64,000 nt of DNA from Hydrolagus colliei (taxonomy: Eukaryota), in assembly GCA_035084275.1 (NCBI GenBank), contig CM068742.1:105524001-105588000 (forward strand), written 5' to 3'. Every line of letters starts with the position of its first letter. The stretch's first letter is position 1. Position numbers and translations under genes: made by a program. Of the stretch, positions 62,298 through 64,000 are shown piece by piece. Under the pieces are notes generated by a model. It ran no database searches. It saw nothing but the letters and a program-made list of their open reading frames with translations, and had not been told where the DNA came from.

Positions 62298-63470
62298 GGT
62301 CAGCCAGGTGTCTGATACACCCAGAAACCCATCACCACGCTTAAGAATATCAAAACCAAAACTGAGAATTACATCTATCCCACATGCACATGGGAAATTT
62401 CAGAGAGAGATTGTTGGAATGGAATGTGAACTCTCTCCCTGGAGGGATACATCCTGCTTACATATTTCCAGAAAGCATTTGGCACAGGTTGGCAAGAGAC
62501 AAGGCTAAGGGACCCCAGAGTGTGCATTGGGGTACCTTGGGTGTCTAACCAGCTAGAACCACATAACTTGCCGTTGATATCGCTGTCTGTTAAGCTTCCC
62601 CGCTGCTCGTCCGGCTAGAACAACCTTTAAGGCTTTGCTGCCGAAACACTCACGGCTGGACTACGGAAACTCGCTCCTCGTCGGCCTCCCCAGCAGCTCT
62701 ATTCATAGGCTGCAGGTCATCCAAAACTCTGCAGCCCGTGTACTATCCCGCACCCTCCTCCATGACCACATAACCCCCACCCTCGCCCATCTCCACTGGC
62801 TCCCCATCCCCCAGAGGATCGAGTTCAAGATCCTTGTCCTCGTTTTCAAGGCCTTACACAGCCTCGCCCCGCCCTATCTATCCAAATTACGCTCCCCCTA
62901 TAAGCCCACCTGGACCCTCCGTTCAGCAGGACTTGGTTTGCTCGAAGCCCCCTGCCTGAACCGCCCCACCATCGGAGGCCGGCCCTTCAGTTTCTCCGCT
63001 CCCACCCTATGGAATTCTATCCCCTAATCCCTCCGTTTTGTTTCCTCCCTTTCCTCTTTCAACGCCAGTTTGAAGATTTTCCTGTTCAACCATGCCTTCT
63101 GTTCCCCCCCTAATTATTCGACCTCCCCCACGTTTTCTACCCCCTCCCGAAAACTCCCCTCCCAGCTCGGGTCACACGCCTCCTATGTAGGCCTTGGGAC
63201 GTCCTCCCGACGTGAAAGGCGCTCTATAAGTCTAAATTGTTGTTGTTGTTGTTGTTGTTGGCTTGCAGGGTTAACAGGAGCTGAATGGGATGACACCCTG
63301 ACCCCAGTGACTGGTCTGCCCTTCCATAACCTAGCCATGAGCTAGACTGGCTGTGCTGTCATCAGCTGTGCCTGGAATACTGCAGAACCGCCTGGCTCAG
63401 AAAACAAACTACAGAGACAGCCGCAAAGGGCTGACTCAATCCCAAGCATGTCACCTTGGAGCCAGTTCTG
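62298..63470 (+). repeat. Family U copy split by an L2 insertion
   Basis: Colinear with 31318-31830; the junction GGCTTTG|GCTTGCAGGGTTAACAG is separated by the L2. Confidence 0.85.
62654..63259 (+). mobile_element. L2 3' part, same subfamily as 2975-3756
   Basis: [31 protein letters not shown]...LWNSIP and a (TTG)n tail. Confidence 0.95.
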
Positions 63471-63675
63471 CTCCGAGGAAACCCTGCTTACCTACCCTCA
63501 GGAAGAAAGTCACTGGAGTGCCCGTTAATATGAATTGCCAATAAGCAGCTTCACTCAATGTTAAATATCGATGTGCCTTAGTTCCTGCAAGACAAGTAAA
63601 CACAAATCAGCCTGATGAAATCAATTATCTGAAATGAATATTCAATACTGTACAGCAAAATTTATAAAATTTAGA

Positions 63676-63990
63676 ATAATAATCCTTGCGTTTGATATGG
63701 TGCTTTATCACATGCTTGAGAGATTCTAAAGCACTTATACGTATATGCCTGTAGAGCGTAGGCAGCAGACATGTGGGTAACGTTTTAATAGGTCACAGAG
63801 AATTAATACCTTGGAGGGCTTTAAAGATGAGGACCACTGAATGGTAGGTATGAGAAGGTCAGGTCTGAGGCATATGCTTGGGACAATGAGCTCTTTCACT
63901 GTATACTTTGTGAGTGAAACGGGCAGCCAATTTCACACAGCAATGTCCCACAAACAATTGTGGATTGAAATGACCTATGTATTATTATCT
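63676..63990 (-). mobile_element. Fragmented tRNA/Deu SINE
   Basis: Tail at 63676 and Deu core at 63900-63975, with unrelated sequence between them. Confidence 0.7.
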
Positions 63991-64000
63991 TTATTAGTTT

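Noticed and set aside
63610-63640. CTGATGA...GAAAT hammerhead-like spacing
   Set aside because: The intervening sequence cannot form stem II and there is no valid stem III.
1-64000. Prokaryote-style systems (CRISPR, operons, defence loci) or endogenous viral genes
   Set aside because: The sequence is vertebrate TE-rich non-coding DNA; no such ORFs or repeat-spacer arrays are visible.

Overview
Vertebrate non-coding DNA, dense in transposable elements. It is most likely from a cartilaginous fish; this is inferred from SacSINE1-like DeuSINEs, a CR1 with a (TTCTATGA)n tail and a shark-type Penelope hammerhead relic. No intact host gene is recognisable. Every ORF with clear protein homology is a decayed LINE ORF2 fragment (CR1 or L2); the long ORFs at 23.5-24.7 kb are artefacts of a C-rich minisatellite plus an N gap. 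The window holds many copies of a tRNA(Ala-like)/Deu-domain SINE, several TA-targeting Tigger/pogo-like MITEs, one young hAT-type non-autonomous element with a perfect 8-bp TSD, and two repeat families I cannot classify. The most notable observations are: a candidate recursive splice site with an RS-exon at 23117; two different MITEs inserted independently at the same TA of the SINE; an L2 3' end carrying the Deu domain and the SINE tail; a minimal hammerhead relic; and two pre-miRNA-sized hairpins in apparently unique DNA. I found no convincing novel multi-gene system. Family names come from recalled consensus sequences, not database searches, and boundaries of degraded elements are approximate.
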